64,000 nucleotides of DNA, taken from NCBI GenBank assembly GCA_050250895.1, contig JBFWNU010000011.1, positions 1-64,000 on the forward strand. The letters run 5' to 3'. This stretch comes from Vulcanimicrobiota bacterium. GTDB lineage: Bacteria > Vulcanimicrobiota > Xenobia > Xenobiales > JADMJV01. Shown here in pieces: positions 43,960 through 53,561 of the stretch. The first letter of the stretch is position 1, and every line of letters begins with the position of its first letter. The notes below the pieces were generated by a model. It made no database searches. It saw only the letters and a program-made list of their open reading frames with translations, and was not told the DNA's origin. The position numbers were made by a program, and so were the translations under genes.

Positions 43960-46809
43960 CTAGTCGCGGACGGGCACCGAGATGTCGCCCACCCAGAGAG
44001 CGTCGTCGTCGATGACCAACTCGCGGCTCTCGCCGTTGAGGGCGGCCGCCAGGGCCTCGACCTCGGCTCGGGTGGTCGGAGCGAGCTGGTCGAGCAGAGC
44101 CAGCAGGCCGGCCTCGTCGAGTTCGAGGTTGGGCTTGGTGGGGCTCAGGTCGGCCAGGGCCTGGGCGGCTCCCCGCAGCATCTTCAAGCGGTCGTCGGCC
44201 GGCACGCTGGTCAGCACCTCGCGAGCCAGGGCCGACGGTGCGGGTGACTGATCGTTCGCCCACAGGTTGAGGGCCCGCCCGGCCACCTTGGTCCGCTCGC
44301 GATAGTCTGAATTGTTGTTCATCATGCCGCGGAGGATGAGGTGGCGATGGCGCCGGGGACCGTCGGTGGCCTGATGAGCCAGGGTCGAGAAAATGGCCGT
44401 GGCGATGGGGCCCTTGTCCTGACGGTCGCCGCTGACGGTGCCGGCCTCGACCAGGGAGCGCCCGAGGGTGCCCAGTTCGACCGGCGTACCGGCTCGATCA
44501 TCGCGAAGGGCCCGCAAAGTGACCTCGGCACAACCCACTCCGGAGGGCGTGAAATGCGAGGCCTCGAGGGCGGCCAATCCCAGGTCGAGAGCCAGCTTCT
44601 GCTGGCCGACCTGGGGATGGGCGGCCAGGGTCTGCAGCACGGCCCGAGCCACCCGAGTCTTGTCGTCGTGGTATTGGCCGGCCGCGTCGTTGGTGGCCAG
44701 CGCCCCTTCGACCATCGATAATCCCACTCGAGCCACGGCCTGGAGAGAGTCGTCCCCGGCCGCCAGGGCTTTGAAGACCGCTTCACCCACGGCCACTCGG
44801 GTGCGAGCGTAGGTGATGTGCTCGGTGGCCTTCTGACCCAGCTCGGCCAGCGGCCCGCTCAGCCGGGGCAGCAGGTTGACCACCACATGGGCCTTGTCGT
44901 TGCGATAGGCGCCGCTATTGTCACTGCCTTCATAGGCCCCCGCCACGAAGGTCGAGCACAGCCGGCCCGGCTCGGATTTGCCCTCGGCCATGGCCGACAG
45001 GGCTGCTTTGGCCAGCTCCTCGGCGGTGCTCGCGAAGGTGCAGCCGTCGATGGCCGCCTCCCACAGCTCGAGAGGCTGGCGGGCGGCGGAGTCGGTGACC
45101 TGACCGAGCAAAAACTCGCGCAGCTTGGCCGCCACCCGAGACTTGTCGGCCTGAAAGTTGCCGATACTGTTGTTGCTATTGAGGGCTCCGTCCACCACCC
45201 GCCGGGCCGTGCGGGCCAGCTGAGCCGGGTCGTCGGGCTGGTCGGCCGCAGCCGTCAGGATGGCTTCGGCGGCGGCCACGTTGGTGTCGGTGAAGCGCCG
45301 GCCGTCGAGGGCGGCCACCAACATGGCGCCATAGGTGCCCACTGGCCCAGGCTGCTGGCTGAGATACTTGGCGCAGGCGCGGGCCACGGGGGTCTTGTCA
45401 TCTTTGTAGTCGCTGCCCACGGTTCCGGTCGAGGCCAGCTTGACCATGTCGGCCGCCACCCGAGCCAGGCTCTGAGGGGTGGGTTGGCCGTCTTCGAGGC
45501 GGCGCAGCAGGGCCTCGGTGGCGTTCGAGGTGGTGTCGGCGAAGGTCACCTCTTCGATGGCCGACTCGAGCATTTGCATCGCTTCGGGAAATTGGCTCTT
45601 GATCACGGGAATGATGGCCCGACTGACCCGCACCTTGTCGGCCTGCCACTTGCCCTGGCCGTTGTCCGAGTTGGTGGCCTGCTCGATCATCTGACGGGCC
45701 AGACGAGGAAGGTTCTTTTCGCCATTGGCCATGGCCGAGAAGGCGATGCGAGCGATGGCCTGATTGGAGCTGGTGAATTTGCCCGGCGCCAAAGCCGCCG
45801 TGGCCAACCGGGCCACTTCGGCCAACTCGGGCACTTGCTCGAGCTGTGCAGCCACGGCTCGGGCCGTCTCGGTCTGGTCGTCGCGGTATTTGCCAGCCGA
45901 CTTGGAGATGGTCGAAGCCTCGACCATCTGCTCAGCCAGGCGGGCCAACTTGCGAGCATCGGGGGGAGAATCCAGATTGGCCAGAGCCAGCCTGCAGACG
46001 GCCTCGGTGGTACTGGAAAAGGCGGCCGCCTCGAGGCTGCCCAGGGCCATGGCCACCAGCACCCTCTCTTCGGGCGTCTCGACATGATCGCCCAGCCAGG
46101 TCAGCACGTTGCGCATCACCGGAGTCTTCTCGTCACGCCAGTTGCCTTTCTGATCTTTGCCGGCATAAGCCAGGTCGAGCCACTGCCAAGCCAGCTTGGC
46201 CAGGGCCGGTGTGCCCCGGGCGTCGAGTGACGAAAGGGCGAGATTGCGAATCTTATCCTTGGTGTCGGAGTAGTAGGCTCCCTCGGCGGCCCGCTGGGCC
46301 AGGCCCACCAGCTTGTTGTCGGTGGACAGATCGTTGAGAGTGGCGGCGGCCGAGAGGGCCAGTGCCGAAACTCCGCCGCCAGCCCGGGCCAGGGTTTGGA
46401 AGGCAGCCCCCAGCGCAGCGCCGGTGGCAAGTTCAGGGTGGGCTTTGAGAGCCAGTCCCACCAGATCGGTCTCGGTCTCGCGGTTGAGGGGAGCGACCAG
46501 AGCCCGGGCCACTGCTTCGTCATTGTCGACCGACTGCAGCAGGCGCACCGCGATGCCAGCGTGCAACGAGGCCCCGGCTTCGATGGGTTGGGCCAGCAGG
46601 TCGAAGGCGGTCGCGCCCAGCGGCCTGGCCCGCTCCGGCGCGGCCGTCAGGGCAAGCCGGGCCAACTCGAAGATCTCGTCGCCGACCTTAGGATACTGCT
46701 TGGCGTAAGCATCCATCTCGGCGGCCGGCTCGGCCCCAGCCCGAATACGCTCGGCAGCAGACCGAGCGTGACGCACACGGGCGGGCGTGAAGAGCCTGTC
46801 GAAAATCAC
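43960..46809 (-). CDS. Large alpha-helical tandem-repeat protein (~950 aa) with conserved C-terminal motif
   Basis: About 8 repeats with G-x-[YWF]-x-x-D-K-like motifs. TATCCT-N6-GTG start at 46809. Ends LWVGDISVPVRD. Confidence 0.8.
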   Translation of the reverse strand: MIFDRLFTPARVRHARSAAERIRAGAEPAAEMDAYAKQYPKVGDEIFELARLALTAAPERARPLGATAFDLLAQPIEAGASLHAGIAVRLLQSVDNDEAVARALVAPLNRETETDLVGLALKAHPELATGAALGAAFQTLARAGGGVSALALSAAATLNDLSTDNKLVGLAQRAAEGAYYSDTKDKIRNLALSSLDARGTPALAKLAWQWLDLAYAGKDQKGNWRDEKTPVMRNVLTWLGDHVETPEERVLVAMALGSLEAAAFSSTTEAVCRLALANLDSPPDARKLARLAEQMVEASTISKSAGKYRDDQTETARAVAAQLEQVPELAEVARLATAALAPGKFTSSNQAIARIAFSAMANGEKNLPRLARQMIEQATNSDNGQGKWQADKVRVSRAIIPVIKSQFPEAMQMLESAIEEVTFADTTSNATEALLRRLEDGQPTPQSLARVAADMVKLASTGTVGSDYKDDKTPVARACAKYLSQQPGPVGTYGAMLVAALDGRRFTDTNVAAAEAILTAAADQPDDPAQLARTARRVVDGALNSNNSIGNFQADKSRVAAKLREFLLGQVTDSAARQPLELWEAAIDGCTFASTAEELAKAALSAMAEGKSEPGRLCSTFVAGAYEGSDNSGAYRNDKAHVVVNLLPRLSGPLAELGQKATEHITYARTRVAVGEAVFKALAAGDDSLQAVARVGLSMVEGALATNDAAGQYHDDKTRVARAVLQTLAAHPQVGQQKLALDLGLAALEASHFTPSGVGCAEVTLRALRDDRAGTPVELGTLGRSLVEAGTVSGDRQDKGPIATAIFSTLAHQATDGPRRHRHLILRGMMNNNSDYRERTKVAGRALNLWANDQSPAPSALAREVLTSVPADDRLKMLRGAAQALADLSPTKPNLELDEAGLLALLDQLAPTTRAEVEALAAALNGESRELVIDDDALWVGDISVPVRD

Positions 46810-46935
46810 CCTCTCAGGATAGCCTCTCGTGCTGAAAAATCGCTGACCACACCTCGAACGGGGACCATTGGCACTTTCTAGCCGAAAGGGTTTCCCTATA
46901 AAGGAAGACCGGCGCGCCGCTCGAAGTTCTGGGGC

Positions 46936-47499
46936 ATGAACAAGTTGCTCCGCGGCCTTCTCTTTCTGGGCGTCTTCGTGGTCACGTTGGTGGTCAGCTT
47001 CAACCGCACCAAAGCCAACATTCTCTTTGAAGCCATCCATGCTGGCAACGAAGCCCGGGCCATCGAGATCGTCAAGGCCCACCCCAATTACATCGGCCAA
47101 ACCTATGCCGTTCGCCACCAACAAGGCGAGGACTCCTATTGGGTAGATGGCGGCGAGACGGCTCTCCACGAGGCGGCTCGGGCCGGAATGGACCAACTGG
47201 TGGCGGCCATGGTCGAGGCCGATCAGGTCGACATCGACCTCCAGGACAAGCAAGGCCGCACCCCGATGTATCTGGCCGCCGTACTGGGGGTCAAGGGCAA
47301 CCCTGACAAAGTGGTCGACGCTTTGATTGCCGGGGGCGCCGACATTAACAACGGCAAACCCGGTCTGACCCTGGTCAGCGAAGTGCTGCAACGAAAGCGC
47401 ACGGCCATCGCCCGCAAACTGGTGGACGCCGGCGCCAAAACCACGCCGGACGACCTCGCAGAGCTGGCCAAGCTAGAGAAAGAATCCCCCGAGAGCTAG
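46936..47499 (+). CDS. Ankyrin-repeat protein with N-terminal signal/TM helix
   Basis: GETALHEAA, QGRTPMYLAA, AGADIN. Confidence 0.88.
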   Translation: MNKLLRGLLFLGVFVVTLVVSFNRTKANILFEAIHAGNEARAIEIVKAHPNYIGQTYAVRHQQGEDSYWVDGGETALHEAARAGMDQLVAAMVEADQVDIDLQDKQGRTPMYLAAVLGVKGNPDKVVDALIAGGADINNGKPGLTLVSEVLQRKRTAIARKLVDAGAKTTPDDLAELAKLEKESPES

Positions 47500-47517
47500 T
47501 CCGAGGATGGCCTCCGC

Positions 47518-49395
47518 TCAGGCCTGGCCGTCGCTGACCGGCTTGAAGTCGAGCACCTTCTTCGAAAAGCGGGCCACCGGCGTGCGTAACTGAGCTTCGT
47601 AGAGCTTGCTGTAGAGACCGTTCTTGGCCAGCAACACGTCGTGGGTGCCCTCTTCCACGATGCGCCCCTCATCGAGCACGATGATGCGATTGGCATGGCG
47701 GATGGTGTTGAGACGATGGGCGATGACCAGGCAGGTGCGGCCTCTCATGATGCGCTCGATGGCCTCGGTGATGAGGTTCTCGGACTCGGTGTCGATGCCC
47801 GAGGTGAACTCGTCGAGAATGAGCACCTTGGGCTCGCGCAAAAGCGCCCGGGCGATGGCGATGCGCTGGCGCTGGCCACCCGACAGGCGCACGCCGCGCT
47901 CGCCGATATCGGTGTCATAACCTTCGGGCATGCGCTCGATGAACTCTGCGGCATTGGCCACTTTGGCGGCTTCGACGATCTTCTCCCGGGTATAATCGCT
48001 GCGGCCGCAGGCGATGTTGTCGGCGATGGTGCCGCCGAAAAGCACGGATTCTTGAATGACGGTGCCCACCTGGGTGCGCAACGACTCGAGGGTCACGTCG
48101 CGAACGTCGTGGCCGTCGAGGCAAACCGAGCCCTGAGTGACGTCGTAAAACCGCGGGACCAGGTTGACGAAAGTGGTCTTGCCCGCCCCGTTGGTGCCCA
48201 CGATGGCCACCACTTCGCCCGGTTCGACCTCGAGGTCGATGCCTTTGAGCACCTCCTTGGTGTCATCATAGGCGAAGTGGACATTCTTGAAGGTCAGCGC
48301 GCCCTGCAGGCTCGGCAGCTCGATGGCGCCGGGCTTGTCCAGCACCTCAGGCACCAGATCCAGCACCGAGAAAGCTCGTTTACCGGCCACCGACGAGGCG
48401 TAAAGGCTGGAGTAGAAGCTGGAGACGACGGTGACTGGCTGAATGATGGTAGCCATCAAAGCCCAATACTTGACCATCGACTCGAGAGTGGCGTCGCCGT
48501 GCAGAATGCGCGAAGTGCCGAAGTAGACGATGGCGATGATGCCGATGGTCGACAGAAATTCGACCACCGGAGTCTGGGTGGCGGCCACCTGCACCAGCTT
48601 CATCTGGGCCCGGAAGTTCTGGTTGTTGGTGCTGTCGTAGCGCTCGATCTCGAAGCTCTCGCGATGATAGGCCTTGACCACCTTCTGGCTGCTGGTGTTC
48701 TCGATCATGATGGCCGAAAGGTCGGCCACCCTCGATTGCAGGCGGTCGGTGATGATGCCCATCCGCTTGCCGAACTTGCCCACCGCCACTCCGATGAGTG
48801 GACTAAGACCCAGCACCAGGAACGTCATCTGGTAGTCGAGATAAAACATGGCGCCCAGGGCTCCGGCCACCACCAGGAAGTTCTTGAGAAAGTCGGCCAG
48901 GCCGTTGTAGATCACGGTGGCCGCCAGGATATCGCTGGTGGCCCGGCTCTGGATCTCTCCCAGGCGCATCGACTCGAAGAACTTCAGCGACAGCGACTGA
49001 AGATGGGCGAACATCCTGCTTCGCATGTCGCGAATGGCCGACTGGGCGGCCAGGTCGGTAAGATATTTCTGGAAAAACCAGGCCACGCCGCGTACCAGCA
49101 TCAGCACTACAAAGCCCAGCACGATGAAGTTCAGTCGGGCCCACTGGTCGGCCCCCGGGGTCTCGAGCCAGGTGGTTCCGGTCACCTGGGCGGCATCGAG
49201 ATGCGCCAGGTCCTGGGTGCTATTGACCTTGCCGTTGGACATCAAGCCAAACAGACGCCCGATCAGCTCGGCCTGGGCCAGCCGAGTGCCAGCCACCAGC
49301 ACGGTGAACACCAGAGCTCCGCTGACGACCTTCCAATAGGGCGTCAGGTAACCGAAAATCCGGCGCTGCACCGAAAGCAGCTCGCGGAAACTCAT
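47518..49395 (-). CDS. MsbA-like ABC exporter (TMD plus NBD)
   Basis: GTNGAGKT, LSGGQRQR, ILDE, IAHRL and N-terminal TM helices. Confidence 0.93.
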   Translation of the reverse strand: MSFRELLSVQRRIFGYLTPYWKVVSGALVFTVLVAGTRLAQAELIGRLFGLMSNGKVNSTQDLAHLDAAQVTGTTWLETPGADQWARLNFIVLGFVVLMLVRGVAWFFQKYLTDLAAQSAIRDMRSRMFAHLQSLSLKFFESMRLGEIQSRATSDILAATVIYNGLADFLKNFLVVAGALGAMFYLDYQMTFLVLGLSPLIGVAVGKFGKRMGIITDRLQSRVADLSAIMIENTSSQKVVKAYHRESFEIERYDSTNNQNFRAQMKLVQVAATQTPVVEFLSTIGIIAIVYFGTSRILHGDATLESMVKYWALMATIIQPVTVVSSFYSSLYASSVAGKRAFSVLDLVPEVLDKPGAIELPSLQGALTFKNVHFAYDDTKEVLKGIDLEVEPGEVVAIVGTNGAGKTTFVNLVPRFYDVTQGSVCLDGHDVRDVTLESLRTQVGTVIQESVLFGGTIADNIACGRSDYTREKIVEAAKVANAAEFIERMPEGYDTDIGERGVRLSGGQRQRIAIARALLREPKVLILDEFTSGIDTESENLITEAIERIMRGRTCLVIAHRLNTIRHANRIIVLDEGRIVEEGTHDVLLAKNGLYSKLYEAQLRTPVARFSKKVLDFKPVSDGQA

Positions 49396-49457
49396 GTGTC
49401 CCCTAGAATTATCTTCCACCTTCTGCATATGCCCGATGCTGGCGTTGGTAAACTCGT

Positions 49458-50501
49458 CTAATTGCGCCAGTGCGAATAGGTCCGTCCCAGCTCGAGCATG
49501 GTGGTGATTCGCTCGAACATGGCCTCGATGGCCTCTGTTGGCAACAGCGGCTCGAGCTCCTGGCTGACCTGGGCTCGGCTGGTCAGCAGGTGCTCGAGCT
49601 GATCCCGCTCGTGGCGATTGAGGGCAAACTCCTCAGAGAACTCGAAGTGGCCGCCGTCCTGTTGCTGGTTGGCCGTGGGAAAGGCCAGATCGTGGTCGAT
49701 GGGCACGAGCTGGCCCTGCTCTAGCACCAGATAGTTGCGCCGGTGCCGGTCGAGATTGCCGATGACGTTGTCAAAGATGGCCAGGTTGCGATAATCCGAG
49801 CGCTCGGGGTGAGACACGATCCAGCCCGTGGCCGGATCGTTGAGCGCCGGCTGGCCGTCGGGGATGTAAAGGGTCCGCAGCCCGTCGGGCGTCGGCACCG
49901 AGGGCGGCACACCCACCAGATGGCCCAGCCAACGGTCGACCACGTAGGCGGCCTGTTCGCGGTGGTGGGCCCGAGCGGGCAGGATGTTCTTGCGCACCTG
50001 CTTGGGGTTGGCGCCGGCACTGGGCTTGTCCAAGGCCGTGGCCCCGTTCTCAAGGGTGACCAGCGAAACTTCGTTCATGCTTTTGCTGACGGCCGAACTC
50101 GTCTTCGCCGGCCCGGTTTCGAGATTGGCCTGGAGCTCGGCAAAGAGGGCCTGTCGTCGGGCCGGGGTGGTGTCGGGTTGGCGAGCCTCTAGATAGGCGC
50201 CGGCCAGGTCGGCGCGCTGGCCAAAAACCGGCGCCTGCGGCTTGGGGTCGAGATAGTCGAGCACCGAATAACCGACCCCGCAAAGGGCCCCCAACCCCAA
50301 CACCACCCGATACTCGGGCGGGGCGATCAGGGCGGCCGCTCCGGCGACCAGACCGGCCGCGGCCGCCACCAGCTTTTGAGTCTTTCGGCGCGAGATGGCC
50401 CGCGAGCGAATCTCGGCAAAGTCGACCGCCTCTGGGGTCACTGGCGCACGGGCGCCGGCACGGCGAGGCACGGGGTGACCGAAGGCGGGGCGAATGACCA
50501 T
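49458..50501 (-). CDS. PI3/PI4-kinase-like (HipA-like fold) protein
   Basis: REQAAYVVD, VPP, FDNVIGNLDRHRRN, IDHDLAFP. Confidence 0.8.
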   Translation of the reverse strand: MVIRPAFGHPVPRRAGARAPVTPEAVDFAEIRSRAISRRKTQKLVAAAAGLVAGAAALIAPPEYRVVLGLGALCGVGYSVLDYLDPKPQAPVFGQRADLAGAYLEARQPDTTPARRQALFAELQANLETGPAKTSSAVSKSMNEVSLVTLENGATALDKPSAGANPKQVRKNILPARAHHREQAAYVVDRWLGHLVGVPPSVPTPDGLRTLYIPDGQPALNDPATGWIVSHPERSDYRNLAIFDNVIGNLDRHRRNYLVLEQGQLVPIDHDLAFPTANQQQDGGHFEFSEEFALNRHERDQLEHLLTSRAQVSQELEPLLPTEAIEAMFERITTMLELGRTYSHWRN

Positions 50502-50626
50502 AGATAAAGCCTAGCAGAAGGGTCCCAAAAAAATCTGACTGGCGAGAGTTTACAACGCGTGGCCCTCTTTCCAACAGATCTTCCACTTGGGGACTTTAGA
50601 ATGGGGAAAACTCGCAGGAGGTAGTT

Positions 50627-51091
50627 GTGCTAGTTATCAATCGTACGCCACCCATTCTTCCGAGGCGGGCCCACGAGCCCACCAGGCCAGCGCCCGCCCA
50701 AACCGAAGAGCTTCCCCAGCAGGATCAGCTAGAACTCAGCCCTCAGAAGCCCTCGGTGGGGACCCGAGCGGTCGTGGCTGGGCTCAAGGCCATGGTGGCC
50801 ACCGGCATGGCGCTAGTAAGCAATCTGATTTGCGGCGGCGGCCTGGGAGGAATGGTAGCGGCCGTCGGCACCGGGATCGCCGCCACCGGCGGCTACCAGG
50901 CCATCGCTGGTGGCGAGAACTGGGTCGACAAGGTGATCCCCGGGGTGGCAGCCGGCGTCTATATCTCGGCCGCGGCCAACCAGTTCGGGCCGGTAGGTGG
51001 TCTCGCAGTGGCTGTCGGAAGCTCGGTTCTAGTAGGAGTCGGGACAGCGATCAACGAGGCTCGCAAGGAGAAGTACGGTTTTCGCTGTTGA
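50627..51091 (+). CDS. Gly/Ala-rich hydrophobic-helix protein
   Basis: AGGAGG RBS, Pro-rich N-terminus with DQLELS, glycine-zipper-like helices. Confidence 0.75.
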   Translation: MLVINRTPPILPRRAHEPTRPAPAQTEELPQQDQLELSPQKPSVGTRAVVAGLKAMVATGMALVSNLICGGGLGGMVAAVGTGIAATGGYQAIAGGENWVDKVIPGVAAGVYISAAANQFGPVGGLAVAVGSSVLVGVGTAINEARKEKYGFRC

Positions 51092-51123
51092 CGTTTCTGT
51101 GACGTTGGTCGGCTAAAGTTAGC

Positions 51124-51342
51124 TCAGTGAGATGAGCATTTGGTTGGACCTTCAGCCTCGGTGAAAGCCGGGGCTTTTTCTTTTTCTGGCTCGGCCCCGA
51201 TGAAGCTACCGGCTAACTCGAGAAAGGCCCGGACATCGTCGAGGTTCGAGGCCAGTCCAAAAGAAACGCGGATGGCGCCAACCCCGCTCGGGTCGACGAC
51301 GGCGAATATCGACCTCGAAATGGTCGCTCTGAGTTCCGTCAA
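51124..51342 (-). pseudogene. C-terminal remnant of a class V aminotransferase/MoCo-sulfurase-like gene
   Basis: GAIRVSFGLASNLDDVRAFLE motif with no upstream coding region. Confidence 0.5.
51155..51186 (+). terminator. Possible intrinsic terminator
   Basis: AGCCTCGG...CCGGGCT bulged stem followed by TTTTCTTTTTC. Confidence 0.5.
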
Positions 51343-51393
51343 TCCGGGTCGATCGGGGGGGGTCGGGTGGACCTCTGGCGAAGGGGGGGATCC

Positions 51394-51627
51394 GTGAGCA
51401 TCGAAGATTACGACGATGGAGATCCCTATTCTTGTATAGCGGCCGGCTTTTTCGAACGACTGCCGGCCGAGGTCGAGGCCTGTTTTGACTCGCGGCCCGA
51501 CGACCTTGCCAGGTTGGTGAGGGTGGATCGGGGAGCGGTGAAGTCCATCTTACGTCAGATTCTCGAGCGCTCGCAGGGCACGCCCAAGGGCGACTGGGCA
51601 GCTCGCCAGCTAGCCGCCCTGCAATAG
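51394..51627 (+). CDS. Small hypothetical protein
   Basis: G-rich RBS, GTG start, protein-like composition. Confidence 0.45.
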   Translation: MSIEDYDDGDPYSCIAAGFFERLPAEVEACFDSRPDDLARLVRVDRGAVKSILRQILERSQGTPKGDWAARQLAALQ

Positions 51628-51774
51628 CCCCCCCACGGCCGATTCCCACTCCGCCGAGTGGACGATTATCACTAGCCGATCGGACGACGCCCTATCGGCG
51701 ATCCGAAACAGGGTGCCCGGTTGCTTATCGTGAAAGGTAAGAGGGGGATCTTGGGGAGCACCTGGCTTTTTTCC

Positions 51775-52404
51775 ATGCGGTTAGTCATTCTAGACGACCA
51801 CCTCATTACGGTTGAGGGGCTGGTCAAGCTTTTAGATCAGGAAGATGGCATCTCTGTCGTTGGACAGGCTACCCATCGCAATGGCATCTTTAAGCTGTTG
51901 CAGGATGGGACGCCTGATGTTTTGCTGATCGATATCGACCTGGACGGCGACGATGGAATGACCTGCCTGGAGGATATCTGTCTGCGTTGGCCCGGGCTGG
52001 CCTGCCTGGTGTTGACCATGCGCGCCGACGACAAGGCCGTGGTCCGGGCCCTGGATGTGGGAGCCTGCGGCTACCTGACCAAGAGCGCCTCTCACGTAGA
52101 GATCATTCGCGCTCTGCGGGTGGTCAAAGACGGCGGGCACTATCTGCAAGATTGCGTGCATTCGGCCGTAGTTCGCGCGATGCGAGCGCGGGCCCGCCGC
52201 TCCGAGTCGGGCCTGAGCGAGCGTGAAGAAGAGGTCCTGGCCCTGGTGGCCCAGGGGCTCACGAACACCGCCATCGCCACCCAGCTTCATATCTCGCTGG
52301 GGACAGTGAAGTCACACCTGACCAATATCTATCGCAAACTCGAGGTCACCGACCGAACCCGAGCCGTGGTCGAAGCCTCCAACCGAGGCTGGCTGCATCC
52401 CTGA
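51775..52404 (+). CDS. NarL/LuxR response regulator
   Basis: LDDH, PDVLLID, GYLTK, LSEREEEVL...TVKSHLTNIYRKL. Confidence 0.93.
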   Translation: MRLVILDDHLITVEGLVKLLDQEDGISVVGQATHRNGIFKLLQDGTPDVLLIDIDLDGDDGMTCLEDICLRWPGLACLVLTMRADDKAVVRALDVGACGYLTKSASHVEIIRALRVVKDGGHYLQDCVHSAVVRAMRARARRSESGLSEREEEVLALVAQGLTNTAIATQLHISLGTVKSHLTNIYRKLEVTDRTRAVVEASNRGWLHP

Positions 52405-52641
52405 GCGGCCGATCGAAACCATCCCTTCGGATTGACAGAGTCTGCCGAGCTGGCGAGGGAACCTTCCTTCAACTGTCAGAACACTTATAGCAAGTCCTTT
52501 TGCTCGGGGGGTCGGGTAGGTGGGGGCTGGGTCCGGCCATTCCGAGGGGGGAGGGCCGGACCTGGCCACGGGTACTATCCAGGCCAGAAAATCGCGCTCG
52601 GCCCAGGCAGGTCCGGCTGCCATGCGTTAGAACAAAGCTCG

Positions 52642-53418
52642 ATGGGAACAGACAAACTTGGTGACTTCACCGAGCTTGCCAGCGACTATGCTCGCTACCG
52701 CCCCGGCTACAGCTCCACGGTTCTCGAGGCGATTGTAGCCCTTTTGCCCCAACCCGCGCGCGAGTTGGACGCCGTCGACATCGGGGCTGGCACCGGCATC
52801 TGGACGCGCCAGCTGGCCGACCAGGGCTTGCGCACCGTCACCGCTGTCGAGCCCAACGATGCCATGCGCCACTTCGGCCAAACAGGCAACCAGGGACGTC
52901 CCATCACCTGGCTCGCCGGCTCGGCCGAGACCACCGGACTGCCCGACGCTTGCTGCGATCTGGTCACCATGGCCTCTTCATTCCACTGGGCCAATTTCGA
53001 GCAGGCCTGCGCCGAGTTCTATCGTCTGTTGCGACCCGGTGGCCTCTTTGTCGCGCTTTGGAACACCCGCATCGTCACCCAGAGCGCTTTGCTCGAGCGA
53101 ATCGAGCAGCGAATCCGCGAACTCGAGCCCAACCTCAAGCGGGTCAGTTCGGGCACCTCGGAATTCACCAGCACCCTGTCCGAGCGTCTGGCCGCCCATG
53201 ACGCCTGGCGAGAGGTGCGCTACCTGGAAGGCACCCACGTCGAGCATCAGAGCCCAGAGCGCTACCTGGGAATCTGGCGCTCGGTCAACGACATCCGGGT
53301 CCAGCTCGGCCCAGAGAAGTTTCAGCGATTTCTGGACTTCGTCGAGCACGAGGTGGCCGCCATCGAGTATGTCGAAGCCAGTTACCGGACCAGGGCCTGG
53401 CTAGCCTGGCGGAGCTAG
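52642..53418 (+). CDS. Class I SAM-dependent methyltransferase
   Basis: YARYRPGY, DIGAGTG, AVEPN, SFHW, LRPGG. Confidence 0.92.
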   Translation: MGTDKLGDFTELASDYARYRPGYSSTVLEAIVALLPQPARELDAVDIGAGTGIWTRQLADQGLRTVTAVEPNDAMRHFGQTGNQGRPITWLAGSAETTGLPDACCDLVTMASSFHWANFEQACAEFYRLLRPGGLFVALWNTRIVTQSALLERIEQRIRELEPNLKRVSSGTSEFTSTLSERLAAHDAWREVRYLEGTHVEHQSPERYLGIWRSVNDIRVQLGPEKFQRFLDFVEHEVAAIEYVEASYRTRAWLAWRS

Positions 53419-53561
53419 CCAGGCCGATTTCGTCAAACGTTTTACAGGCTTTTAACTTTCTTTAGGTTTCCGAAACATTTTTCGGGCCCGCCAGCCGAGG
53501 GAGCGGGTTAGACTGCAACCACATATAGATAAGTCTAACCAGAAAGGTCATCTCAACCTCG

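Noticed and set aside
46810-47391. N-terminal 194 aa of track ORF 43960..47391
   Set aside because: Antisense shadow of the ankyrin gene. The likely start is GTG 46809.
52433-52447. TGACA-GAGTC-TGCCG as another copy of the operator motif
   Set aside because: Right arm has two mismatches and the neighbouring genes are unrelated to repair or defence.
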